A stretch of DNA of 64,000 nt from Acidimicrobiia bacterium (GTDB lineage Bacteria; Actinomycetota; Acidimicrobiia; UBA2766). Shown here piece after piece: positions 29,266 to 42,999 of this stretch (position 1 is its first letter; each line of letters opens with the position of its first letter). The notes beneath the pieces were generated by a model. The model searched no databases. It saw only the letters and a list, made by a program, of their open reading frames with translations, and was not told the origin of the DNA. Made by a program: the position numbers and the translations under genes. The stretch covers positions 69,074 through 133,073 of the forward strand of contig JAXLRM010000008.1 in assembly GCA_046331095.1 (NCBI GenBank). The letters run 5' to 3'.

Positions 29266-29496
29266 ATGAGCTTCTACCCCGTCCCCTGCGCCAACGGGAC
29301 CGCAGACATCGTGGTCGGCAAGTTCGGGACCACGGCCTCGGGCATCCTGAAGGTCGGCACCCTGACGTTCACCGCTGCGAACGCCGGCAAGGCCAACGTG
29401 AAGTTCTCGTCGCAATCTGCAGCCGTCAACCCGGGCACCAGCACCGACATCATCGGGTCCACAGCCGGGGGTGTCTATACGGTCGTCCTTGCCTGA
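29266..29496 (+). CDS. Small hypothetical protein (76 aa), possibly a remnant of a beta-rich secreted domain
   Basis: Codon usage is genome-like (high GC3) and an RBS-like GGATGGGA lies upstream. It sits in a locally lower-GC intergenic island (29110-29500). Confidence 0.4.
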   Translation: MSFYPVPCANGTADIVVGKFGTTASGILKVGTLTFTAANAGKANVKFSSQSAAVNPGTSTDIIGSTAGGVYTVVLA

Positions 29497-29542
29497 TCTT
29501 CGGGCGAAGGGCGGGCGGTAGCCGTTGCGGGTGCCTGGACGA

Positions 29543-31096
<1,554 letters not shown>

Positions 31097-31103
31097 GGCC
31101 GCG

Positions 31104-32261
31104 TCAACCCATCCCGACGCCCTGGGCGCGCTGGAGCGACTTGCCTTCGGTCTGCAGCGACGGTGCGATCATGACCTCGGCCTTCTGGAACTCCTTGACG
31201 TTCTGATAGCCGCACGTGGCCATCGACGTGCGCAGGCCCCCGAAGAGGTTGAGGCGGCCGTCGTTCTCGTGCGCCGGTCCGACGAGGATCTCCTGGAGAG
31301 TGCCTTGGGGTCCGACCTGCACGCGGGTGCCACGTGGCAGGTCGGGATGGAAGGTCGCCATACCCCAGTGGTAGCCGAGCCCGGGTGCCTTGACCGACCC
31401 GGCCAGGGGCGATCCGATCATGACGGCGTCGGCTCCGCACGCGATCGCCTTGGCGATGTCGCCGCCGCTGCGCATCCCACCGTCGGCGATGACGTGGACG
31501 TAACGGCCGGTCTCGTCGAGGTGGCGCATGCGGGCGCCTGCCGCGTCCGCGAGGGCGGTCGCCTGCGGTACCCCGATACCGAGCACCCCACGGGTCGTGC
31601 AGGCCTGTCCGGGACCGACGCCGACCAGGACCCCGACAGCGCCCGTGCGCATCAGGTGAAGTGCCGTCGAGTACGAGGCGCATCCTCCCACGATGACGGG
31701 CAGATCGTAGGTCCTGATGAACTCCTTGAGGTTGAGCGGGTCGGTGCGCGTGCTCACGTGCTCCGCCGAGACGACAGTGCCCTGGATCACGAGGATGTCG
31801 AGACCGGCGGCGAGCACGTCGGCGGCATACCGTTGCGTGCGCTGTGGCGTGAGCGAAGCGGCAGCGACGACGCCGGCTTCCTTGATCTCGCCGATGCGAC
31901 GCGCGACGAGCTCGTCTTTCATCGGCTCCTCGTAGATCTCCTGCATGCGCCGCGTGGCCTTCTCGGCGGGCAGTTCGGCGATCTCGGCGTAGACCGAGTT
32001 GGGATCCTCGTAACGGGTCCAGAGGCCCTCGAGGTTGAGGACGCCGAGGCCACCGAGGCGGCCGATCTCGATCGCGGCCTCCGGTGACATGGCGCCGTCC
32101 ATGGCAGCGCCGAGCATGGGGAGACCGAACGTGAAGGCGTCGATCTGCCACGAGATGTCGACATCCTCGGGATCGCGCGTGCGCCTGCTCGGGACTATCG
32201 CGATGTCGTCGAGCCCGTACGCCCGGCGTGCGCTCTTGCCGATGCCGATCTCGATGTCCAC
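31104..32261 (-). CDS. guaB3: IMP dehydrogenase-family protein lacking the CBS subdomain (GuaB3-like)
   Basis: IMPDH/GMP reductase TIM barrel ([34 protein letters not shown]), 385 aa with no CBS pair. It lies immediately upstream of guaA, as in mycobacteria. Confidence 0.85.
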   Translation of the reverse strand: MDIEIGIGKSARRAYGLDDIAIVPSRRTRDPEDVDISWQIDAFTFGLPMLGAAMDGAMSPEAAIEIGRLGGLGVLNLEGLWTRYEDPNSVYAEIAELPAEKATRRMQEIYEEPMKDELVARRIGEIKEAGVVAAASLTPQRTQRYAADVLAAGLDILVIQGTVVSAEHVSTRTDPLNLKEFIRTYDLPVIVGGCASYSTALHLMRTGAVGVLVGVGPGQACTTRGVLGIGVPQATALADAAGARMRHLDETGRYVHVIADGGMRSGGDIAKAIACGADAVMIGSPLAGSVKAPGLGYHWGMATFHPDLPRGTRVQVGPQGTLQEILVGPAHENDGRLNLFGGLRTSMATCGYQNVKEFQKAEVMIAPSLQTEGKSLQRAQGVGMG

Positions 32262-32388
32262 TCGGCCACTCCTCCGCTCGCCCGCTTTCGGTTCACTGTA
32301 CCGAAGACCGCGGCCGTCCCCGAAGGCACCCCCGAGTCCTCCAGGTCAGCGCGGCAGTCGGCCCCGACGGAGGGTTCCCGGCACAGGC

Positions 32389-33039
32389 TCAGCCGGGAGG
32401 CACACCCTGGCCGGCATTCTGCAGCAACGTGGCGAGATCGCCGTCGACGATCATGACCATCATCTGGGACCTGTTGTCGGTCGCCTGGGTCGGGAACGCC
32501 ATCAGCGTCTTGCCGTCCTTCTGCATGATGATCCCTCCGTCGGGCAGGGACGCGCCCGACATGCCGAGGAGAGGCGACTCGGTCCAGCCCTGTGCGAGTA
32601 GATCGCTCTTGTACTTGGCGCTCGCGTCGGCGGGGTTGCCGGAAACCTCCATCACGAGGGCCTTGCCGTTCTGGCCGTCGAAGCCGGGCACCCCCTGCGC
32701 CGCGGAGAACACGTTCGTCGCCCCGTCGGGCACGGGCACGTCGGAGGGCCAGTCCGCGGGAACACCCTGGGTGAATCCCGGGATGTCGGCAACGTCACCG
32801 GGCACGTCGCCGGCACTCGCCTGGTCGTCCTGTGAATCGGTGACCTGGGGGTCGTGACCGTCAGGCGGCACCGGCGCCGTCGGGTCGGTCTCGGTCGGAT
32901 CCGACGCCTCCTGGCGCGACCTGTCCTTGTCCGCCTTGAGGCCGAGGTCGCTCGAGCACGCGGCAAGACCGAGCACGGCGGCGACCACGAGCGCGAGTAG
33001 CGCGAGCAGGCGGGGTGTTGTCGATCGACTCTGCTTCAA
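32389..33039 (-). CDS. Putative lipoprotein
   Basis: Signal peptide with lipobox LAACSS and an acidic/Pro-rich linker. Confidence 0.6.
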   Translation of the reverse strand: MKQSRSTTPRLLALLALVVAAVLGLAACSSDLGLKADKDRSRQEASDPTETDPTAPVPPDGHDPQVTDSQDDQASAGDVPGDVADIPGFTQGVPADWPSDVPVPDGATNVFSAAQGVPGFDGQNGKALVMEVSGNPADASAKYKSDLLAQGWTESPLLGMSGASLPDGGIIMQKDGKTLMAFPTQATDNRSQMMVMIVDGDLATLLQNAGQGVPPG

Positions 33040-33265
33040 CGGTATGGGCCTCGCGGTCGAGTACGAAACGCCCGGTACCCGAATCGGGTTCCGGAGGTAC
33101 TTCTGGGGTGGTTGGGAACCCCAGCCTAGGTATGCCCCACGCGGTCAGGACCGTACGGATGCCGGGTGAGAACTCGCTGAGAACCCTCTGGCGCTCGCCA
33201 CCGACTCGGTGACACCACGGCGGACCGCACGCCCGTCCACGTCCCGCGGCCGCCCCGCCACGGCA

Positions 33266-33879
33266 TCAGGGCTCGAACAGGCGGCGGAGAAGACCGTTCA
33301 GGATGCGCGCGGTCAGACCCCAGATGGTCTCGTCCTCGATCTCGAAGAAGTGCACTTCCCACTCGGGACGAACCCAGGTCTCGGAGTGGTACGCGCGGGG
33401 GTCCACCAGATCTGCGACGGGCACGCGCAGGACCGACTCGATCTCCTCGGGTTGGGCCACCCACTCGCGGCCCGTGGCTACCCAGCCGACCACGGGCGTG
33501 ACCGCGAAGGCCGTCGCGACCGTCGACACGCGCTCGAGTTCGCCGAGGACGGTGACGTCCTCGCGGGCCAGACCGACCTCCTCTTCTGCCTCCCGTAGCG
33601 CTGTCGCCACGGGATCGGGGTCGCCGGTGTCGCAGATCCCGCCGGGGAACGCGATCTCGCCGGCGTGCGACGGTGCGGTCATACCGCGCTTCACGAGGAT
33701 CAACTCCACGCCGGTGGGGCCGTCGAGGAAGGGCACCAGGACCGCGGCTTCGCGCAGGTTCGGCACCTGGATCACCTGGTCGGGACGCCCAAGCGCAACT
33801 GCATCTGCCACCGCTGTTCGCGTGACGGCGCGCGCGGGGTCAGCGAGGCCCGCCCAGGCTGCCGGCGGCCCTGCACCCA
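33266..33879 (-). CDS. Nudix hydrolase, CoA pyrophosphatase-like (NudL family)
   Basis: Nudix box GEIAFPGGICDTGDPDPVATALREAEEEVGL. The start is ambiguous (GTG at 33879 or 33810) because the track ORF overlaps the IMPase gene. Confidence 0.65.
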
Positions 33880-33926
33880 CCGACGCCGGCCTTGGGACGT
33901 GTTGGCGGCCACCGCGTGCCACCGCC

Positions 33927-34769
33927 TCAGTCCTCGGCGCCGGTCTGCAGCCGGTCCAGCAGGTCCTCGTGCAGCTCGGCCGTGGCCGCGGCGACCAAGG
34001 GGACGCGCAAGCCGAGATCGGCGCGCAGGGGCACAGGATCGCCGTTGACATCGGTGACGACTCCACCTCCGGCCTCCACCATGATGGCCCCTGCCGCGTA
34101 GTCGACGACGCGTTCGCCGAAGGGCAGCTCCGGATCCGTGTTCACGTTGACGTACGCGTCGAGGCCGCCGGTGGCGACGAGAGCGAGGTCGAGCGCGGCG
34201 GAACCGAGGACGCGGGGCAGGCGGCACGCCGCGAAGACCTGCCGGGCCCGCTCGAGCGCACACGGATCGGCGGGACGCTGGAGGGCGACGGCGGCGTCTC
34301 CGATCCGTGACACATCGCTCGTACCGGCCCTGAGCCCCCCACGGCTCACACCGAGACCGGCCCAGCCGAACATGTCCTCACCGGTGGCGGCGTTGCGGAC
34401 CAGGCCCCCCACGGCGGTGCCGTCGATGAGGACCCCGATCGACACGGCCCAGTACGGGATGCCTGCGAGGACGTTGTTCGTCCCGTCGACCGGGTCCACG
34501 ACGAGGAGGATCCCCGCTCCGGGTCCGTCACCCCGGCCCTCGACGACACCCGCTTCTTCGGAGCACAGCGTCGCCGAGGGCAGCTCTTCGGCGAGGTACT
34601 CCAGCAGGGCGGCCTCGGCCGCCGCGTCGGCCAGTGCGGTCGTGGTGCCGTCCGCTCCCAAGCCCACTTCGTCGGCCCAGCGTGAGCGGTCCGTCGACTC
34701 GAGCGCGTCGAGAGCGCGGTCCGCGGCTGTGGAGAGCGTGACCGGCCAGTCGACACCGGCGACGACCAT
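33927..34769 (-). CDS. Inositol monophosphatase family protein (SuhB/CysQ-like)
   Basis: IMPase motifs (VVDPVDGTNN, WDxAAG-like region), 280 aa. ATG at 34769. Confidence 0.8.
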   Translation of the reverse strand: MVVAGVDWPVTLSTAADRALDALESTDRSRWADEVGLGADGTTTALADAAAEAALLEYLAEELPSATLCSEEAGVVEGRGDGPGAGILLVVDPVDGTNNVLAGIPYWAVSIGVLIDGTAVGGLVRNAATGEDMFGWAGLGVSRGGLRAGTSDVSRIGDAAVALQRPADPCALERARQVFAACRLPRVLGSAALDLALVATGGLDAYVNVNTDPELPFGERVVDYAAGAIMVEAGGGVVTDVNGDPVPLRADLGLRVPLVAAATAELHEDLLDRLQTGAED

Positions 34770-34786
34770 CGACTCCACGGGCGCGC

Positions 34787-35188
34787 TCAGGCCGAGAAGG
34801 TGACGATGGTGATGGTGCCCAGGAGGAAGAGCCCGCCTACGACGGTGAACAACAAGGCCTTGACCCCGACCCGCAACCGCCGGTTGCGGATGTAGTCCTC
34901 CGAGATGGCCCGCACGCCGATGGCGCCGTGGCTCAACGCCAGCGTGAGCAAGGCCCAGTCGAAGAAGCGCCACAGCGGGTTCGACCATCTCGTCTGCACG
35001 AACAGGTAGTCGGTCTCGACGACGTCGTTGACGATGTGGGTGATCGCGAAGTGCGCCAGGGCCAAGAAGACGAGGATCAGACCCGAGATGCGCATGTAGT
35101 ACCACATGCGCACCTCGGAGCGGTTCGCGACCCGCGTCTGGGCCCCGCCTTCGGTTCCGGTCTCGGTGCTGTCCAGTGTCTGTGCCAC
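34787..35188 (-). CDS. sdhD: Succinate dehydrogenase hydrophobic membrane anchor subunit (SdhD-like)
   Basis: MRISGLILVFLALAHFAITHIV... resembles actinobacterial SdhD, with three TM helices. GTG start at 35188. Confidence 0.7.
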   Translation of the reverse strand: MAQTLDSTETGTEGGAQTRVANRSEVRMWYYMRISGLILVFLALAHFAITHIVNDVVETDYLFVQTRWSNPLWRFFDWALLTLALSHGAIGVRAISEDYIRNRRLRVGVKALLFTVVGGLFLLGTITIVTFSA

Positions 35189-35208
35189 TGATTCCCTCGG
35201 ATCAGGCG

Positions 35209-35592
35209 TCAGAAGACCGGCTTGTGCGTGAAGAACGGCAGCACGATCACGATGCCGCCCGCGACGGTGACGACCGCGGTGATCGCGGCCACGACCCAGG
35301 CAAGCTGCTTCTGGCGCTCCACTGCGGCGTCGAAGAAGTCGACTGCGATGATCCTGAGCCCGTTGAGCGCGTGGAAGACGAGCGCGCCCAGGAGCCCCAC
35401 CTCGAACAGGCGCAGGAGGATGTTGCCGTAGACGGCGTGCACGGTGTCGTAGAGGTGTTCGCTGATCCCCGCGAGCGTGACGTCGACGACGTGGAGGAGC
35501 AGGAACATGAGTACGAGGAAGCCGGTCACCCGGTGCGCCGTGAAGGCCCACATGCCCGTCTTGCCCTTGTAGATCGTGCCTCTGCTCAGCAC
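35209..35592 (-). CDS. sdhC: Succinate dehydrogenase cytochrome b subunit (SdhC-like)
   Basis: MWAFTAHRVTGFLVLMFLLLHV (heme-ligand His region), 127 aa. Confidence 0.75.
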   Translation of the reverse strand: MLSRGTIYKGKTGMWAFTAHRVTGFLVLMFLLLHVVDVTLAGISEHLYDTVHAVYGNILLRLFEVGLLGALVFHALNGLRIIAVDFFDAAVERQKQLAWVVAAITAVVTVAGGIVIVLPFFTHKPVF

Positions 35593-35617
35593 CGTGGCCT
35601 CCGCTGCCCGGAGATGG

Positions 35618-35772
35618 TCAATACCGGCGGGGACGCTTGCGCGCCTGCCAGCGCTCTGTGACGCCCCACATGGACGTGGAGAAGACGAATGCAGCCACCG
35701 CGAAGATGACCAGCGCGACGATGGCCAGCACGATCAGGAACAGCACCTGGGACGTGGTGATCGTCTGCATGC
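35618..35772 (-). CDS. Possible small single-TM membrane protein (51 aa), below the ORF-track length cutoff
   Basis: Hand translation of the minus strand gives MQTITTSQVLFLIVLAIVALVIFAVAAFVFSTSMWGVTERWQARKRPRRY. A GGAGG lies 11 nt upstream. It sits directly upstream of sdhC. Confidence 0.3.
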
Positions 35773-35833
35773 CGGCACGGACCTCCGCTCGGGCGTCCTC
35801 CCGGTTGCATCCTCCGGAAGCGCGGTCGCAATC

Positions 35834-38562
35834 CTAGAAGTCGCCGCGCGGGCACGCGGAATCGGCGTGCTCGTCCTCGGACGGCCGAGCGACCCACTCA
35901 ATCAAGCACTTGAAGAGCTGCTCCGCCGTGTAGGGCTTCGTGAGGACGCCGTCCATGCCGGCTTCGATGCACTGCGCGTGCACGTCGGACGTGGCGGATG
36001 CCGTCAGGGCGACGATCGGCAGGTCGTCGCCCGCAGGCCCGGCGCGCAGGGCACGAGAGGCCTCGAAGCCGTCCATGACAGGCATGTGGCAGTCCATGAA
36101 CACGAGGTCGAACTCGGCGGCGGCGACCGCCGTGACTGCGGCGGCGCCATCGGGGACGAGCACCGCTTCGCAGCCGAGCCGCTCGAGCATGCCTGCGGCA
36201 ACCCGCCGGTTCACGGGATTGTCCTCGGCGACCAGGATCCGCATCCCCGCCAAGCTGCCCGCTTGGTCGGCCACCAGCGCGGGCTCGCGCGGCGCCAACC
36301 CGGGTGCCTCCTCCATGACGTGGCGGGTGAAGAACACCCCACCGGGAAGGGGCCCCACGACGGAGGCGACGAGGTCGTCGGTCGCCCCGGTCAGGTACGC
36401 GTCGAAACCGGCATTGCGAGCCGCGGCGGCGTCACCCCGATAGCCCGCCGGCGGCCCTACGAGGACCAACCGGACGTCGGGACAACGATCGCGGACGCGA
36501 CGAGCGAGAGCGCGCGCCTCTTCGGCGATGTCCGCGTCGACGACGGCGACGAGCAATGCGTCGGCGCCGTCGGGCCCGAGGAGGGGCTCTGCGGCGACGA
36601 GGCTCTCGGCGTGTTCGACGAGGACGTGGCCTTCCTCGAGGATCCGACGGCAGCGCGCGATGGTCGCGGTGTCGTTGCCGCAGAGGACTGCGCGCACGGG
36701 AACCCGCCGCGAAGAAGCATCCTCTGGGGTTGCCGCGACCTCGAACGGCACCTCGGCCCAGAACGTCGATCCGGCACCGACCTCGCTCTCGGCACCGACA
36801 CGTCCCCCCATGAGCTCGACGAGCTGACGCGAGATCGCAAGTCCCAGCCCGGTCCCCCCGAAGCGTCGCGTCGTCGACGCGTCCGCCTGGGTGAACTCCT
36901 CGAAGAGGTGGGCGACTCGTTCACTCGCGATCCCGATCCCGCTGTCGACGACCTCGAATCGGATCAGGACCGTGTCCGCCCCGGCGCGAGTCGCCGTTGC
37001 GCGGAGCTCGAGTTGACCCTCCTCGGTGAACTTGAGAGCGTTGGCGCAGAAGTTGTTGAGGACCTGGCGCACCCGACTCGGATCGCCCAGCACGCGTAGC
37101 CCGGCCACGGCTTCGACGTCGAGGACGAAGCCGAGCCCCTTGGACACCGCCTGCACCTCGATGATCCGCGCCGTGTCGCCGAGCAACCTGTGCGGGTCGA
37201 ACGCGATCCGTTCGAGCTCGATCTTGCCGGCCTCGATCTTCGAGACGTCGAGCACGTCGTTGATGACCGACAGCAGCGCCGAGGACGCGTCCCGGGCTGT
37301 CGCGGCGCACTCGCGGGCACTGGCATCGAGACTCTCGTCCAACAAGAGCTCGAGCATCCCGATGACACCGTTGAGGGGGGTCCTGATCTCGTGGCTCATG
37401 TTGGCTAGGAACGTGGACTTCGCGCTGCTCGCGGCTTCGGCGTCGTCGCGCGCCTCCTCGAGAGCGGCGCGGTCGTGCTCCCTCGAGATCTCCGTGCCAA
37501 CCCACTCGGCCATCAGGCGCAACACGTCCTTGTCCGCCGGCCCGAAGGGCGCCGCGAGGGCCGACGTGCTCTGGAAGCTGAGGGTCCCGAAGACCTCGCC
37601 GTTGACCACGACCCTGACGCCCAGGTACGCCTCGGGACCACCGTCACGGTGGGCCGCGTGCGCTGCCCATTGGGAGGCGGATGCGTCGTGGAACGCGAGC
37701 GGCGCCGACGAAGCGATCGTGGTCCGGTCGAACGTCTCGGCCAGCGGCCGCGTCGACCCCTGGAGCGGACCACGGTTGCCGGTGACCACCTCGACGATCT
37801 CGAGGTCGCTGCCCCGTAGGCGAGCCAGGATCCCCGTCTCGGTCCCGAACCGGCGACATCCCATCGCCAGCAGCTCCGACAACCGTCCCCCGAGGTCACC
37901 TTCCGACGTCGACAGGGAATACAGACCCCTGACGGTGCTCTCGTTGCGGCGGAGCTGACGCTCGATGGCCTTGGTCTCGCTGACGTCGCGGAACACGATC
38001 GCGGCGCCGGTCGGGACACCGTCCTCCACGATCGGGCTCATCTGGAAACTGACCTCGACGATGGAGCCGTCCTCGTGGACGAAACGTGCGTCGTCGGCAC
38101 GTGCGACCTGCGAGCCGCGCAGGACCTCGGCGAGCATCTCGTAGGCGGCATCCTGCTCGGTCGGCCCGAGGACGCCGAAACCGAGCAGCTCGAGAGCAGG
38201 GCGTCCGAGTGCCTCGCTCTGGAGCCTCCCCAACAGCCGCGCCCCTTCGGGATTCATCGAGACGACGGTGCCCTCGGCGTCGAGCACCAACAGTCCCTCG
38301 GCCAGGGACGTGATGATCGTCCGCAGCTTGTCGCGCTCTGCCGCCAAGCGGCTGGCCGACGAACGGCGCAGATCCTCGTACAGCGAGGTCATCTCCTCGG
38401 AGGAGATCTGCATGGACCGCTCCATCGTGTAGCGGTCCTGATCGAACTGGGTGTACGCACGGTCGAGCCGCCCGAGCAGAGCGCGCCACGCCTCGATCGA
38501 GGGCGCTTCGTCCGGACCGAGTCCGTGCTTCCGGAGCTGCCTCCTGAGCAGCGGGTGTGTCA
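35834..38562 (-). CDS. Hybrid sensor histidine kinase (PAS-GAF-HisKA-HATPase-REC-REC)
   Basis: HisKA ([22 protein letters not shown]), HATPase ([18 protein letters not shown]), and two receiver domains (the last one [15 protein letters not shown]...[13 protein letters not shown]). ATG at about 38562. The upstream part of the track ORF overlaps the FIST gene and was rejected. Confidence 0.85.
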
Positions 38563-38616
38563 TGCGCCGGCCGTCCTCCGAACGGGGTGGGCCACGATGG
38601 ACGGTCCGGGGCGCCG

Positions 38617-39759
38617 TCAGCCCTCGGTGATCGCCGTGATCGTCATCGTCTGGTTGTGGAGGTCGCACGTGCCGTCGGTCAGCGGCGACAGCTCGCCATA
38701 GGAGTAGAAGCCGATCTGGTCGGCCGCAGGCCCGGCCACTTCGAGCGTCGCCTCGATCTCGTCCTCGGTCCGCTCGCCGAGAACGAGGCGACGACCGACG
38801 CAACTGATGGCGATGACGAGGGCGCCGCCCGACTCCAGTGCCGGTGTGCCCGACACCCCGCGCTCGGCAGCACACCCGGCGCCGTCCACGAGGCGGTCGA
38901 AGTTGGCGCGCATGAGTTGGGCGCGGTAGCCGGTCGGGATGTCGCCGGCGAAGGTCATGGACCGCTGCCCCTCGTCGACCGCGAGGATCGTGCGCACGAA
39001 GGAGTTCCGATCGGATTCGCCGGCCCGCAACGACAGCGGGAACAACAACGCGGACCCGGGGAGCTCCTCCGCCCTCTCGCCGAGGTACTTCTTGTAGAGA
39101 TCGAGGGCGGGCATCCCGTCGAGCTCGTAGAGGACGTTGTCCTCGGACCGAGTGACGGTGCGTTCCGGACCGAAGATGTCCCAGCCCCCGCGCGAGCCGT
39201 GCCCGAAGTGGACTCGGTTGCCGTAGAAGCCCACCGCGGTCGCCCACCCCGTCATCGGTTTGCCGTCGTGGACGACCCAGGTCCTCTCGAACCGGTCGCC
39301 GTCACCGGCGAGGCCGCCGGTCACGACCACGTCCTGATCGAGAACGGAGTTCACGCCGGCCGCCAGGGCACTGCCGTTGACGTTGAGCCCGTCCGACAGG
39401 ACGAAGACGGCGCGCAGGTCGTCGGAGTCGAGCTGCCGGGCGATCGACTCTCCAGTCGCGAAGGAGGCGTGCGCGTCGGCGACCGGAGATGCCGCGAGGT
39501 TCAGATCCGAATGCTCGAACAGCGCCACGGCGACGACGAGGGAATCGTCGTGGAGTTGGTCCCCGCATATCTCGCCTGCGGTAGAGCAGCCGATGATCCG
39601 CGACTGCGGGTAGGCGTCGCAGAGCTGCGCCACCGGCCCCGGCTCGTCCATGTACCCCGCGCCGCCGAAGACGACCACGAGGGTCCGCGGCGAGTCGAGC
39701 TCGGGAAACGTCGCGGACCAACCCGACGACGGGTGGTACTGAACCGTCTGAACCTGCAC
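38617..39759 (-). CDS. FIST-domain sensory protein
   Basis: FIST N and C domains ([14 protein letters not shown]..., FYSYGELSP). GTG start at 39759 with GGAGG 10 nt upstream. Same strand and adjacent to the hybrid kinase. Confidence 0.8.
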   Translation of the reverse strand: MQVQTVQYHPSSGWSATFPELDSPRTLVVVFGGAGYMDEPGPVAQLCDAYPQSRIIGCSTAGEICGDQLHDDSLVVAVALFEHSDLNLAASPVADAHASFATGESIARQLDSDDLRAVFVLSDGLNVNGSALAAGVNSVLDQDVVVTGGLAGDGDRFERTWVVHDGKPMTGWATAVGFYGNRVHFGHGSRGGWDIFGPERTVTRSEDNVLYELDGMPALDLYKKYLGERAEELPGSALLFPLSLRAGESDRNSFVRTILAVDEGQRSMTFAGDIPTGYRAQLMRANFDRLVDGAGCAAERGVSGTPALESGGALVIAISCVGRRLVLGERTEDEIEATLEVAGPAADQIGFYSYGELSPLTDGTCDLHNQTMTITAITEG

Positions 39760-39869
39760 GTCAGCATGCCTCCGCACACAGGGCCCCGTAACGGCACGCG
39801 GGACCGTCTTGTGTGTATCGACACGTACGGCGCCTGGTTGAGAACGCCTTGGAGCGGCCCTGATGCGAG

Positions 39870-40172
39870 TCAGCCGAGGTCGACGACCTCGAACGCGAGG
39901 ACCTCCGAGCCGGTGCCGACCGGGCCCCCTCCGGCCGACTGGCCATGACCGCGCCCGAACGCGCTGCTCGACATCCACCCCTCGAAGGACTCCCTGGAAT
40001 CCCAGTGCGTCACGACGAAGTAGGCATCCCTGCCGTCCGCCGGACGAAGCAGCTCGAAACCCTCGAATCCCGGCTGCTCGTCGACCTCGCCGGCGCGGGC
40101 TGCGAAGCGCTTCTCGAGTTCCGGTCCGGCCTCGCCTGGCACGGTGATCGCGTTGACGACTACGTAGCTCAT
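39870..40172 (-). CDS. Antibiotic-biosynthesis-monooxygenase (ABM) domain protein
   Basis: MSYVVVNAITVPGEAGPELEKRFAAR...FVVTHWDSRESFEGWMSSSAF is a typical about 100-aa ferredoxin-like ABM fold. Confidence 0.7.
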   Translation of the reverse strand: MSYVVVNAITVPGEAGPELEKRFAARAGEVDEQPGFEGFELLRPADGRDAYFVVTHWDSRESFEGWMSSSAFGRGHGQSAGGGPVGTGSEVLAFEVVDLG

Positions 40173-40197
40173 GTGCGCTCTCCGTGTCGGGTGAGGC

Positions 40198-40758
40198 CTA
40201 CCAATGGCCGAGCTGGTCCACGATCTCGGCAAGGGTCGGTGCCGTGGAATCACGATCCGAGGTCGAAGGGTCGGCGACGGGCCAGTCGACCGCGACTTCG
40301 GGGTCGTCCCAACGGATGCCGCGCTCGGTGTCGTCCTGGTAGTAGGTCGGGCCGACCTTGTAGGTGACGTCGGCGGTGTCGCCGAGGACGACGAAACCGT
40401 GAGCGAAGCCGGCAGGGACGTAGAGCTGGTGCATGTTCTCGTCGGAGAGCTCGGCACTCACCCACCGGCGGAACGTCGACGACGACGGCCGCACGTCCAC
40501 GGCGACGTCGAAGATCCGCCCGAGCGAGGCCCTCACCAGCTTCGCCTGGCCCGTGAGCTGGAAGTGCAGGCCCCTCAGGATCTTCGCGCCCGAGCGAGAT
40601 TGGTTGTCCTGGACGAAGTCCTCCGTGATGCCCGCCGCCTCGAAGTCGCTCTTGCGATACGTCTCGCAGAAGAAGCCGCGAGCGTCGCCGAAGACCCTGG
40701 GCTTCACGAGTATCACATCTGGGATCGCGAGGCGTTCGAACTCGAACCGGTCTGACAA
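40198..40758 (-). CDS. rmlC: dTDP-4-dehydrorhamnose 3,5-epimerase
   Basis: Full-length RmlC (cupin) with catalytic His/Lys/Tyr region (GLHFQ...KLVRASLGRIFDVAVD...YVPAGFAHGF). Confidence 0.9.
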   Translation of the reverse strand: MSDRFEFERLAIPDVILVKPRVFGDARGFFCETYRKSDFEAAGITEDFVQDNQSRSGAKILRGLHFQLTGQAKLVRASLGRIFDVAVDVRPSSSTFRRWVSAELSDENMHQLYVPAGFAHGFVVLGDTADVTYKVGPTYYQDDTERGIRWDDPEVAVDWPVADPSTSDRDSTAPTLAEIVDQLGHW

Positions 40759-40901
40759 GTCGGCCTCCGCATCTGGGCAAACGGCGGCGCCCAGTCTCCC
40801 AGCCGGGGGTGGGTCGCGCCAACGTCGCCGTGTACACGCGGAGGAGGGGCCGGGTAAGAGACCCGGCCCCTCCTCTCAGGTGATCAGCCGTGAGGCTCAG
40901 C

Positions 40902-42545
<1,644 letters not shown>

Positions 42546-42556
42546 TCAGGCTGTCG

Positions 42557-42847
42557 TCACTTCTTGCCCACGACGGCGAGGAGGTCGCGGGCGCTCAGGA
42601 TGAGGACGTCTTCGCCGTCGACGGTGATCTCGGTGCCGCCGTACTTGGAGTAGATGACCGTGTCGCCGGCCTCGACCTCGAGCGGGACGAGCTCGTCGTC
42701 GTGCCACTCGCCGCGGCCGACGGCGAGAACCTCGCCCTCCTGGGGCTTTTCCTTGGCCGTGTCGGGCAGGACGATCCCCGACGGGAGGGTCTCCTCGGCC
42801 TCGTTGGGACGGACGATGACGCGGTCACCGAGCGGCTTGAGCTTCAT
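42557..42847 (-). CDS. groS: Co-chaperonin GroES
   Basis: [44 protein letters not shown]... ATG at 42847. Confidence 0.95.
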   Translation of the reverse strand: MKLKPLGDRVIVRPNEAEETLPSGIVLPDTAKEKPQEGEVLAVGRGEWHDDELVPLEVEAGDTVIYSKYGGTEITVDGEDVLILSARDLLAVVGKK

Positions 42848-42957
42848 GCGCGCCTCCAGGGCGTGTCTGTGGTTCACGTGTTCGGCGGTACCACCCAGGG
42901 TCCGGGGCAACGGTCCGCCGTCTTCGACCGCCGGATAGTAGCAGCCTGAGCCCTGGT

Positions 42958-42984
42958 TTAGCACTCGAACCCCGTGAGTGCCAA
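42958..42984. promoter_or_regulatory. CIRCE (HrcA operator) inverted repeat upstream of groES
   Basis: TTAGCACTC-gaaccccgt-GAGTGCCAA matches TTAGCACTC-N9-GAGTGCTAA with one mismatch. It lies about 110 nt upstream of the groES start. Confidence 0.8.
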
Positions 42985-42999
42985 CCAGTCTCGAAGCCT

